This document shows positions 55,615 through 64,000 of a DNA stretch of 64,000 bases, piece after piece (position 1 is the first letter of the stretch; each line of letters starts with the position of its first letter). Made by a program: the position numbers and the translations under genes. Source of the stretch: a virus (Duplodnaviria; Caudoviricetes); the IMG/VR virus record IMGVR_UViG_2904399447_000014, positions 1 through 64,000 of that record; one strand, given 5' to 3'. The notes under the pieces are model-generated. The model was not told the DNA's origin. It did not search any database and saw nothing but the letters and a program-made list of their open reading frames with translations.

Positions 55615-56394
55615 TTAAAATTTGATTATGCTGGTGGCCTTGCTTAGTGCATCACCGGCCATGCCGGTTGCCATCGATGACGCAAGCCCAGTTAAACTGG
55701 CATCAGCTGATGTGTGGCATACAAATGTCAGCGGGTATGAAAGGAATTCACCAACCTGGTCATATGAACGCGTCGTGGCGCCACGCTCCGTTGGGATCAC
55801 GGGATATTCAGCATCCAACGTTTTACTGCCGTTAAAACCTACGCGATAAACACGGATGTTCATCACGTAGTAGGGGGAGAGGTTAATAGTGCCATCACGG
55901 TTTATCACGCGGCGCTTCCTGGCATCGAACCATTTAGCAATACGCCCGGTCTGGTCATCGCGAACGGTGATTGTTACGGTGCCGGGTGTTATATGAGTTG
56001 GTTTATTAAACTGGATACCGCCAATAATTTTGGCATCTGTTTCAATAGTCCCTTCGCTGTACGAAACATCGCGAACAAACATAAAAAGGTCTTTCATCCC
56101 GTCGGCTTCAACAACCCATTGCCACCCCTGTGCGTACTGGATTCGCATCGCCATTTCTAAAATGCTTTTGGCATAGGCAACTTCACCAGAGTGCCCGGCT
56201 TTCCCGTTAACCATCCCACCGCCGGCAAAACCACTGGATGAACCGCCGCCCAGTGCATAATTCAATGCTTCTTTTACGACATCATTTGTCCCCTGGAGGA
56301 AGCGGTTTGTAGCAGAGTCCATCGCGTCATTAAACATGCCGTTTACAGCATTTTTTAGGCTGGATCTGCTGGATAATCCATCAAAAATACCCAT
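55615..56394 (-). CDS. tub: Tail tube-like protein
   Basis: YAQGWQWVVEADG..PGTVTITVRDD..RVINRDGT match P1 Tub. Confidence 0.85.
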   Translation of the reverse strand: MGIFDGLSSRSSLKNAVNGMFNDAMDSATNRFLQGTNDVVKEALNYALGGGSSSGFAGGGMVNGKAGHSGEVAYAKSILEMAMRIQYAQGWQWVVEADGMKDLFMFVRDVSYSEGTIETDAKIIGGIQFNKPTHITPGTVTITVRDDQTGRIAKWFDARKRRVINRDGTINLSPYYVMNIRVYRVGFNGSKTLDAEYPVIPTERGATTRSYDQVGEFLSYPLTFVCHTSADASLTGLASSMATGMAGDALSKATSIIKF

Positions 56395-56406
56395 GACACC
56401 CCCCGT

Positions 56407-56958
56407 TTAAAATAGTGTTGCGCCGGCAATGATTGCCCGGTTTGACGACATCTGGGCTTCCAGGTCTAACTTGCGCTGAGTCAGCGTGTTTTCGTCGGGA
56501 AGGGCAGATGTATCAAGTTTCCCTGCGATTGATACGCGCCGTTGACGCTCGGTATTAGGAATGGCGATTAATACTTCAAGGTAATCTTGAATAAGGCCGA
56601 CAATCGTTGGGGGAACCGTCCATTCACTTAATGGGCGGTCGCGCAAGTTGACTAGGTAGGAAAGGGTTAGGGGGTATAGTTCTCTTCCAGTTAGCTCGAG
56701 ATCTACCGACGAGCCATAATCGTCGCTATAAACCAATACTTCGCGCTTATCGACTACATGTACCAGAGCCAGATAATCTTCAGGATAAGGCAGGGAAATC
56801 CCTGCCTCTTTTTCTATCTTGATACGACGCACCAAGCCAGCCCGATCCTGATAAGCCGCCAAAGCCTGAATCAATAGGCTTTCAAGCACTTTTGACTCAA
56901 CCACCAGCAGGGGCGTAAACCGAGATTTAACGCCCTCAAGCAGCTCGTTAGGTGTCAT
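56407..56958 (-). CDS. pmgC: PmgC morphogenetic protein
   Basis: [30 protein letters not shown] match the P1 homologue; name assigned by synteny. Confidence 0.75.
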   Translation of the reverse strand: MTPNELLEGVKSRFTPLLVVESKVLESLLIQALAAYQDRAGLVRRIKIEKEAGISLPYPEDYLALVHVVDKREVLVYSDDYGSSVDLELTGRELYPLTLSYLVNLRDRPLSEWTVPPTIVGLIQDYLEVLIAIPNTERQRRVSIAGKLDTSALPDENTLTQRKLDLEAQMSSNRAIIAGATLF

Positions 56959-56962
56959 CGAA

Positions 56963-57454
56963 TTACTCCACCCAGTTGTAGACGATGCGCAGGCTTGGGC
57001 GGACGGCTACAGTGACGTCTTCAGATGAGAGATCCACAGCTTCAGAGTAGACTTTGCAGTGAAGCAATGAGCGGGTCAGCCCTTTGTGATCACCGCCGTT
57101 CGACTCGGCCGCTGCACTAATGGTGATATCGACGTATTTTTTGCCGAACACCATATCTTTCACAGCTGCCAGAACGTCGCCTGTAATGGTTTCGACGCAC
57201 TGCACCTGTGTTTCCCCACTATTTCGTAGTGCACCGTGCTGGTTGAACTTCATGCCGCCAGGCGCCACGTCTTCCATGTCCTCACGGGTCATTTCTGGAA
57301 GCTGAGCTGTTCGGATCAAGATCGAGAGGTTTTCATACCCCTTAATTACCATCCAGTATTCCGAGCCAATCAGCTTTTCGCCGGCCGCTAGGTTCTGGTT
57401 GAAACGCTTCTTCATGAAACCAACGTCCGCCTTCGTATTACCAAATCCACTCAT
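56963..57454 (-). CDS. bplB: BplB tube-fold baseplate/tail protein
   Basis: [47 protein letters not shown]. Confidence 0.88.
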   Translation of the reverse strand: MSGFGNTKADVGFMKKRFNQNLAAGEKLIGSEYWMVIKGYENLSILIRTAQLPEMTREDMEDVAPGGMKFNQHGALRNSGETQVQCVETITGDVLAAVKDMVFGKKYVDITISAAAESNGGDHKGLTRSLLHCKVYSEAVDLSSEDVTVAVRPSLRIVYNWVE

Positions 57455-57461
57455 AACTACC

Positions 57462-58037
57462 TCAAATGTACATAAGTGGTATTTCCGACTCGTTGTAAGC
57501 CGTCATACCTGAGATGTGTAGGGACACTGTGTTGTGGGCATACATACCCGTTATCGTGCGCGGTGCGTCCAACTCGTATTGAACTGACTGAATCACGGCA
57601 TGCATAATTTTTTGCCGGCGCCCAATATCCAGGACAACAGGCTTCGGCCGGCGGCCACCAGGCAGGAAGTTTTTCAAATCAGGTGACGCCATTTGCTGCA
57701 ACGCCATAATTGCGGAGTTGACCTCGATCTGGGCATCCACTTTCGCCATGAAATGCAGCGACAAATTAAACTCAGGTGGCTTTTGACCTTCCCACACCAA
57801 CATGCTGTTAATTTTCGCTTTTGACGTCGTGGTCGATGCCGCTTGAGTCGCATTTGAGAGGGTACTCACACCGGCCATAGAGCCAACGGAGTTGTTTTCA
57901 AAAGGCGACGACCACAGGCTTTCGAGCATCGCAACGCTGCCTTCCCCGATGTACCCAACGACCATGTTGGTACCTGATGTGATGTACGCCTTCAGGAAAG
58001 GACTCACGCCATCAGGCATTATTGCGCCACAAATCAC
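57462..58037 (-). CDS. pmgG: PmgG morphogenetic protein
   Basis: DGVSPFLK, LVWEG..PP.F, IGRR, LDAPR match the P1 homologue; name assigned by synteny. Confidence 0.75.
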   Translation of the reverse strand: MICGAIMPDGVSPFLKAYITSGTNMVVGYIGEGSVAMLESLWSSPFENNSVGSMAGVSTLSNATQAASTTTSKAKINSMLVWEGQKPPEFNLSLHFMAKVDAQIEVNSAIMALQQMASPDLKNFLPGGRRPKPVVLDIGRRQKIMHAVIQSVQYELDAPRTITGMYAHNTVSLHISGMTAYNESEIPLMYI

Positions 58038-58080
58038 AGAACCCCCTTAAAGGCCCATCCGACAGGATGGGCGTATTGAT

Positions 58081-58800
58081 TTACAGGCCGCGTTTTTTGC
58101 GTACTTTCAACGATTTCCGACGAGATATGTTCGCCGACGCAGTGTGAGATTTGCGTTGTGCTTTTTTGATTGAGGCACGCTGCAATGCAGTGATGCGTTT
58201 AGGGCGAGGGCGCTTACGGATCAGCTTAACTTCACCGTTGCGAACAACTTTTTTGTTTGCTTCCAACATAGCGTCATCATCGCTATCACCAGACACGCCA
58301 TAGATTGCGATTGCTTCGTCATCGTCTTCGTTGGCGGCAGAAATGGCATCCGCTACGATGATTGCGGCATCGTCATCTTCTTCATCGATCATCTGAGTGA
58401 CAGAGTCTTGATCTGCGCCCAATGAAACCGCTGCATCAGCCAGAACGGAGAGCACACGGTTGTATTCATCAGTTTGGGCATCGGTGATTTCGTCGTCCTC
58501 TTCATCATCGCTAATGCCGGCAATGACCATAGCGATACCGTCAATGTCTTCACTAGTCGGACTAGAGGAACGTGCCCAATCAATCAGGAACGATGCAGCT
58601 ACCGAACGTTCATCCTGACGAGAGCGTTTAGATACCGCCTCGAAAATGGCGTCAGACAGTGCCTTCTTGCCTTTTTCTTTCTTAGGCTCGTCCTTACCCT
58701 TATTCGACTCCAACAACGCGTCAGAGGCCGATACAACCGCAACTGTGCCAAACGCAGCTTCTAGCAAAGGGTTAACTTGGTTTTGTTTGAAAATATCCAC
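58081..58800 (-). CDS. 21: gp21 homologue; acidic core with very basic tail
   Basis: IAGISDD, KKVVRNGEVKLIRKR..RRKSLKVRKKRGL match P1 gp21. Confidence 0.85.
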   Translation of the reverse strand: MDIFKQNQVNPLLEAAFGTVAVVSASDALLESNKGKDEPKKEKGKKALSDAIFEAVSKRSRQDERSVAASFLIDWARSSSPTSEDIDGIAMVIAGISDDEEDDEITDAQTDEYNRVLSVLADAAVSLGADQDSVTQMIDEEDDDAAIIVADAISAANEDDDEAIAIYGVSGDSDDDAMLEANKKVVRNGEVKLIRKRPRPKRITALQRASIKKAQRKSHTASANISRRKSLKVRKKRGL

Positions 58801-58811
58801 TTATGGCTCCA

Positions 58812-60392
58812 TTAACGCATTAGAACAGGAACACCAACAATGCGGCGGGATACTCCCGTCACACACACTTCCCAGCGCACTTCCCAGCTATCGAAACTTG
58901 TATTGGTAACTGTCACGATATAAGGCGCCTCACCCTGGCTGACATCGCGTGGCTTGACCAAGGCCTCAGCTGCTACATAGCGATCGAGAAGGCGGGGAAT
59001 GCCCTTTTCAAGCCCTTCACGGGTTAAACCATCAGGTTCATGTTTGAGGGCAGCAGCTAAGGAGTAATAATCGCGCGCGATAGAGTTCATCACTGAAATA
59101 ACATGCTGATATTGCTTGTAGTTATTTTCGACACACGTAGTTAGGGCATCATCAATAACGATCGCGCCATTTACACTGGTCACTACGTTTAGATGGGCTT
59201 TTGCAAAGACTTCACGGTCAATGTTGGCAGCAGCAGGCAGAGGCTGAATGTTTTGACGATTAACCACGCCGCGTGACACGCCGGCAGGGGAGTAATGCCA
59301 TCCGCCGACATCAGGTACCAGGGCTACACCTTTCGCTTTAGCCGTGAAAGCGTCGCCAGATAAACCGAATACAACATTCGATTGGCTCAATGGATCGCGA
59401 CAGGAGAATGGGAAGTAATAGGCGGTGACATTTTCATTACCACCCAAGCCAAGCCCGGTTAGTTGCTCCAGCGCCTTATCAGCGGCTAAACGGGGATCAA
59501 CATCTGCGAACATATCAACACGAACAGCCTTTGCCAGTTCGGCAAGTTTGCCGATCGCCGTCGCGTCATAAATTCCCAAAGACAGGATAGCGGTGTACTC
59601 CACCAGCGAACCATCTAACACCGCTATTGATGCTGCATAGTCTTTCGACGTTAGTTTCTTAAAATCGCCGTCAGAGCCACCGACAAATGCTTGACCGGTG
59701 ATACCTGTAAATGACGCCGGCAGAGCGAGAGTATCGGAGATCAGCACACGCAACCGTGAATCGTTACGTTCGAGGACATCAGGGATATACGCGGACAGCC
59801 CCATATCATCCAACACGTCTGAATTAAGCGATACGTCGTAATTTTCCAGCGTGGTTTCTGCACCTAACGAGTCAGTTGCCACCAGTTTCAAAGAGAAGAG
59901 GCCAGGCTTGGTTTTGACAGGCTCAAAACTCAACTTTCGGTTGGTAGACTTATCGCCATCTTCGACAAAGAAAGTGAGAGCGGCCTTAGCAGGCAAAGTG
60001 ATATCGGCACCAAATGCGCTTGTGCTGGTGGTTGCCTTAACCGTGGTAACCGCCGGCGTTCCGGCCGTCTCTACCGTCAGGTTGATTGCGGGGATCAACA
60101 TACCAGGCAAAGGAATGCGTACTACATAACCGTCACCGCCAGCCAAAGCCTGATTCACATGACGTAGAGGCTCAAAAAACTGGCCTTCTTGTGGTCTTGG
60201 AGCTTCACCCAGTACAGATTTGACGTTGTTCTGTGTGATTTTCAGGACTTTATTTGGCTTGCCTTTCCGAGCAATTACCAGGCCCGCAAATACTGAGGCA
60301 CCGCCAGAAGTAGATCCGGTTGTTGCTGATGCATCGATTGGCGCAACTGCCGTGCCGGCAGCCGTACCAAGAGCAAAAGGGATTTTATTCAT
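58812..60392 (-). CDS. 22: Tail sheath protein
   Basis: 526 aa; FGLSGDAF.AKAKGV..GGWHYSPAG..RG, LAAALKHEPDG; P1 synteny. Confidence 0.92.
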   Translation of the reverse strand: MNKIPFALGTAAGTAVAPIDASATTGSTSGGASVFAGLVIARKGKPNKVLKITQNNVKSVLGEAPRPQEGQFFEPLRHVNQALAGGDGYVVRIPLPGMLIPAINLTVETAGTPAVTTVKATTSTSAFGADITLPAKAALTFFVEDGDKSTNRKLSFEPVKTKPGLFSLKLVATDSLGAETTLENYDVSLNSDVLDDMGLSAYIPDVLERNDSRLRVLISDTLALPASFTGITGQAFVGGSDGDFKKLTSKDYAASIAVLDGSLVEYTAILSLGIYDATAIGKLAELAKAVRVDMFADVDPRLAADKALEQLTGLGLGGNENVTAYYFPFSCRDPLSQSNVVFGLSGDAFTAKAKGVALVPDVGGWHYSPAGVSRGVVNRQNIQPLPAAANIDREVFAKAHLNVVTSVNGAIVIDDALTTCVENNYKQYQHVISVMNSIARDYYSLAAALKHEPDGLTREGLEKGIPRLLDRYVAAEALVKPRDVSQGEAPYIVTVTNTSFDSWEVRWEVCVTGVSRRIVGVPVLMR

Positions 60393-60436
60393 TTTTGTTC
60401 CTAACAGCGCCCCATGAGGGGCGCCTTATCAAAGGA

Positions 60437-62419
60437 TTAGCCGGCGGCCTTCACAGTCACCTTCGCAACTGCGGTTTTTGCACCGTCTTCACTTGTCATT
60501 GTGATGTTGACGACACCTACAGCTTTCGCTTCGCCGTCGCCGTTCTGATCAACAACTGCCAACGATTCATCGCTAGAAGTCAGCGTAAACGTCTTGTTGG
60601 TTGAGTTTTCAGGCAGAACAGCAGGAGTCAGCTTGAATTTTTCACCGACGGAGACGCTCAAAGTTTTCGGCGTCAACGTAACGCTCTCAACACCTACGAC
60701 TGGTGCTTCTGTATCTTCGCCGCCGGCTTCAGGCTTTTTTTCGATGAACTTCCCAGTGCCTGGGTCGATAGCACCAACTTTCTCGTTAACCAACGTCAGG
60801 CGAGAGAAATAGTCTTCGCCATTACGTGGGTGGATCTCATTGATTGCAGAACCCCACAGAGTCTGACGGTTCACCAGGGCTGTAGTAGTTGGATGGACAA
60901 ACGGGATAGCAGGAACGGCATCACCAGCGACCATGCCCGCTTCACCCAGGTTTTCACCACGGGAGTAGAAGAGAATGTCGCTAGGAGAGTACGGGTAACC
61001 CTCTTTGTTAAACTGCTCGCATACAGGGTTAGGCACTTCATAAATGCGGATTGAGCCGAACAAGATACCAATGAAGTGAACGTAAGACGTTTGCACGTAG
61101 TTCGGCGCCAACTGGAACATGCTTTCCGGCAGAGATTTGATGTAGCCCGCAGCATCACCACCAGCAAAACCACCACGGATTCCGTATTTTTTAGTACGGT
61201 CACGCATCTCGGTGGAGATACGGTTTACAACACCACGGAACAAGGCGCACCAAGGCTCCCATTGCTGACCTTCCGGTAAGGCAGTGTCGAATTTGTATTC
61301 GTGAACAGTATGGAACGCGAGCTTACGCAGACGTTTCATATCTTGCTCATGCGAGCACCATTGAGTGAGGCTGGTAAACTGCATTGATGCCAGGTTAAGG
61401 CCGAACTCACGTTGCAGATCCATCATAGATTGCACAGTATGTTCTGCGGCCAGGATGTATTGCGATGGCTTCATCGTCCATTTACGCATTGCCTGGTTAA
61501 TAACGGGGATCAGGTCTGGAGCATTCTCTACGTCCAGCTCTGCCTGCATTGCGATGTGAGTACCTGCTGGTGGTTCGGCATCGAACTTCAGCTTCACAAT
61601 ACCCTTGGTGTAATCGATGTTGCCAGTGACTTGGAAGCTGTTGCCTTTGGAGTCTTTTTCGTTGTAGTTGATGTTGCTTTCGCCATCATCGTAATGTTTG
61701 CCAAGACGGCGGTTCACAATGATACGCACGCGAGAACGACGAACAGGCATGTCGCGACCTTCATCATCCTTGATCGAAATGGTGAATTCTTTCGTTTTGC
61801 CGTCGACATCGTCTTTCAACATGAAAATGCGGCCCATTTGCGAGAATACGCCAGCGCTGAGGTGATCCATTTGTTCACCACGTTCGAACGAACCCATTTT
61901 CACACCGGCGATGTTGTAAACCTCATAGAAGTCTGACTCATCACGTGTTGCAGGCATGAAAGTACACATGTCGCTCGTAGCGGCGCCGAGGGCGGAAGGT
62001 AGGATCATTGCCATGAAAATAGCCTGGCGCATAACACCTTCTGACGTGCGCATGTCGCTGGATACTGACTCCAACATTGCTGAGCCATCACCGCTGCGCT
62101 TAGCGCTAGGGGCTGATTCCAAGATCAGGTTTTCACAGGCATTTTGGGCGTTTGCCAGCAAATCGGCTGGTGGGTTACATCCGTTAATACGACGGTAATC
62201 GGCAACGCTAGCAGCCCAAGCGGTGGCGATTTGGCGCACTGCCTTTGGATCGACACCTTCAAACATCGGATCTTGGGCCGCTGTCTGGAAAATGGTTTCT
62301 GCTTGTTGTTCAACACTCATTGCGGCGTTGATAGGTGCATTACTGGTAAACGCCAGCACTCGGCCAGCGCGACAATTTACGTCTCTTTGACGTTCATGAA
62401 ATGCTTTGGTATCAGACAC
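60437..62419 (-). CDS. 23: Major capsid protein with in-frame C-terminal Ig-like (BIG2) domain
   Basis: P1 gp23-like core (SEGVMRQAIF, AELDVENAPDLIP, AGDAVPAIPF.HPT) then VESVTLTPKTLSVSVGEKFKLT..SSDESLAVVDQNG..AVGVVNIT.TSEDG. Confidence 0.93.
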   Translation of the reverse strand: MSDTKAFHERQRDVNCRAGRVLAFTSNAPINAAMSVEQQAETIFQTAAQDPMFEGVDPKAVRQIATAWAASVADYRRINGCNPPADLLANAQNACENLILESAPSAKRSGDGSAMLESVSSDMRTSEGVMRQAIFMAMILPSALGAATSDMCTFMPATRDESDFYEVYNIAGVKMGSFERGEQMDHLSAGVFSQMGRIFMLKDDVDGKTKEFTISIKDDEGRDMPVRRSRVRIIVNRRLGKHYDDGESNINYNEKDSKGNSFQVTGNIDYTKGIVKLKFDAEPPAGTHIAMQAELDVENAPDLIPVINQAMRKWTMKPSQYILAAEHTVQSMMDLQREFGLNLASMQFTSLTQWCSHEQDMKRLRKLAFHTVHEYKFDTALPEGQQWEPWCALFRGVVNRISTEMRDRTKKYGIRGGFAGGDAAGYIKSLPESMFQLAPNYVQTSYVHFIGILFGSIRIYEVPNPVCEQFNKEGYPYSPSDILFYSRGENLGEAGMVAGDAVPAIPFVHPTTTALVNRQTLWGSAINEIHPRNGEDYFSRLTLVNEKVGAIDPGTGKFIEKKPEAGGEDTEAPVVGVESVTLTPKTLSVSVGEKFKLTPAVLPENSTNKTFTLTSSDESLAVVDQNGDGEAKAVGVVNITMTSEDGAKTAVAKVTVKAAG

Positions 62420-62471
62420 TTTTTCGTCCTATCTATTTGCACAGACAGGGGTTTGCTTCTCGACAAGCGGG

Positions 62472-62490
62472 ATATTAACGAAAGTGAGTT
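62472..62490 (-). promoter_or_regulatory. Late promoter for the 23-22-21-...-sit operon
   Basis: AACTCACTT-TCGT-TAATAT. Confidence 0.82.
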
Positions 62491-62553
62491 ATTGAGAGTC
62501 ACGATAAAAGTGTGGGGTTGTTAATGGAGGTTTGTTAGACTGGTTCTATTAAA

Positions 62554-62568
62554 CTAATACAGGATTAG
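62554..62568. promoter_or_regulatory. Putative C1 operator CTAATACAGGATTAG
   Basis: CTAAT-N5-ATTAG core 2 bp before the ATG at 62571. Confidence 0.55.
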
Positions 62569-62570
62569 TA

Positions 62571-62993
62571 ATGCGTTATACAGTTTATGTGGAATATCGG
62601 AACGGCGCGATCAACACGCCAGCCCACTCTGGCGTTAAGGAAGTTGCGTATCGGAATTTTGTTGAGTTAGTCGCAGATAAAGATCTCCTGCTCACGGCAG
62701 CCGCCTGCGTTATCAAATCCTCCACCAGCGAGATACTTCGCTTTGACTTACGCACGGCCCAACCAATACCGGAATTTAAAGATATCCAATGGCCTCGGCG
62801 TGGTGCTCGTCGCCAGGTTAAAAATGGAAAGACGGTATCAGCATTTTTAGCTTCAAATGAAGAGGACTTTTTGAAGTCGTTAGGAGAGGGAAGTCTCACA
62901 CACGGTATCCGTAAAGCGGTTTCGATGTTAAACCTACTCGAACAGGAAAAATTGAAGGCTCTCAAAGAAAGAGCGACCAACGCAACAGCATAA
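62571..62993 (+). CDS. Hypothetical protein with possible C-terminal RHH
   Basis: TVSAFLASNEEDFLKSLGEGSLTHGIRKAV resembles RHH; terminator at about 63003-63027. Confidence 0.6.
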   Translation: MRYTVYVEYRNGAINTPAHSGVKEVAYRNFVELVADKDLLLTAAACVIKSSTSEILRFDLRTAQPIPEFKDIQWPRRGARRQVKNGKTVSAFLASNEEDFLKSLGEGSLTHGIRKAVSMLNLLEQEKLKALKERATNATA

Positions 62994-63025
62994 CACCCGC
63001 TTAATGCCCCTTATTGGGGCTTTTT

Positions 63026-63292
63026 TTATAACTTGGCGTGCTCAGTTCGTTGCAGGTGGAGTTGTAACACTTCTTCAGCAAACTGATCGTCAACGATATA
63101 AAAATAACACTCAGGGACGTTTAACACTTTAGCGAACAGGCACATTGTCTCGAAGACAGGTCTATATGCTCCAGTCTCATACGATGAGATACGGCCGCGT
63201 GCCGTGCTTTCGTCAATGCCGGCTAAAACGCCGAGTTGCTCTTGTGTAAGCCCGGCGCGGGTTCGCGCAGATTTCAGCCGTTTAGTGATCAT
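63026..63292 (-). CDS. XRE/Cro-C1 HTH regulator (88 aa)
   Basis: RLKSARTRAGLTQEQLGVLAGIDESTARGRISSYETG..LNVP..YFY..DD. Confidence 0.9.
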   Translation of the reverse strand: MITKRLKSARTRAGLTQEQLGVLAGIDESTARGRISSYETGAYRPVFETMCLFAKVLNVPECYFYIVDDQFAEEVLQLHLQRTEHAKL

Positions 63293-63516
63293 ATTATTGC
63301 CGTCATATTGATTGACGACATGTGTAACATTGCATAACATCAACGTTGTTCAGAATTACAGAACATCATAAAGACCACGAAGCAACACCTGGGAAAGGCC
63401 GATCAATTGATCGGCCATTTTTTTTAATGGACTATCGGTTATGGGGATTTGGTGTAGGTAAGCCTGTTGTATATGTGGTTAGAAACGGGAAAAAGCTGCA
63501 TGCATCAATACTACCA

Positions 63517-63826
63517 AATGGAGGTTAATATTTTGAATAATAATCAATTATTCGGCTTAGTGATAGTAAAGAGGCCCGTGACGTATCCTACGGATCAGCC
63601 GAGAGCAACCGAAGTGGGTAAAGAGATCTCGAAACAGCTAAGTAACCATGATGTTATATCGGCTATACACAGACATTTCATTAATCCTCGTTCCTGCGAT
63701 TGCATCCTGACTTTGTTGCTACTTCTGACGATTGAGCGTCCTGAAATGAAGCTTGCTGAGTTGGGTTCAGCTGTAGAGTTGATTGGAGATGTCGTTAATG
63801 AGTTGAATTTGTTAGGCGTGAATTGA
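63517..63826 (+). CDS. Hypothetical protein (start uncertain)
   Basis: Open frame with GGAGGT upstream of a TTG at 63532. Confidence 0.4.
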
Positions 63827-63886
63827 ATGGGTAAAAAAGAGGCAAGTGGTGATAACCGGTCATCAATTCGAGCGAAGAAGTAAAAG

Positions 63887-63954
63887 TTATCCACATATCA
63901 ACTGAGTAGATCCAATAAATTAACCATTAGATCCAGAAATAACCTAAAAGATCC
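63887..63954 (+). other. Left edge of an oriR/IncFIB-like plasmid origin
   Basis: DnaA box TTATCCACA (63887-63895) followed by three AGATCC repeats at 63908, 63929, 63949 in AT-rich DNA. Confidence 0.72.
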
Positions 63955-64000
63955 CGGAACCCTTTAAGCCAGTCATGACGCGGCCTGTAGCCCTGTTCGT

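Larger units (their letters stand above)
1..64000. mobile_element. P1/D6-like temperate phage-plasmid (partial genome)
   Basis: More than 35 ORFs resemble P1 proteins in largely P1-like synteny; recombinase with lox-type site, terminase, head, tail and oriR-like origin; no host housekeeping genes. Confidence 0.97.

Noticed and set aside
1-64000. tRNA, rRNA, IS elements and CRISPR arrays
   Set aside because: No cloverleaf, rRNA, transposase or repeat-spacer pattern was recognised by eye; a tRNAscan/Rfam run would be needed to exclude small RNAs

Overview
The whole 64 kb window is part of one P1/D6-like (punavirus-type) temperate phage-plasmid of an enterobacterium. Most genes are recognisable but divergent P1 homologues: Cre/Dre-like recombinase, C1 repressor, PacB/PacA terminase, Lpa, PmgM/R/S, Lxc, Ulx, DarB, portal, prohead protease, RepL, Hxr/DdrB/DdrA/DarA/Hdf, LydA/B, tail fibre, baseplate, tape measure, tube, sheath and major capsid. 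The window ends at the edge of an oriR-like plasmid origin. Cis-sites readable from the DNA are a 32-bp rox-like recombination site (1389-1420), a GATC-rich pac site inside pacA, a quasi-palindromic CTAAT-N5-ATTAG operator family, and nine late promoters (AACTCACTT-N4-TANNNT). Departures from P1: two non-P1 partition systems (ParM-type and ParA/RHH-type); four arrays of 7-bp TATGA heptads, one covering the promoter of an unknown two-gene operon 12 kb from the par genes; an Ig-like domain fused to the capsid protein; a lambda-R-type endolysin; a single tail fibre built from repeated linkers with no Cin switch; relocated repL; and an accessory region with two GNATs, decayed DNA-modification genes and small unannotated membrane proteins. 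No CRISPR array, tRNA/rRNA or IS was seen. All homology calls come from recalled sequences and motifs, not from a database search.
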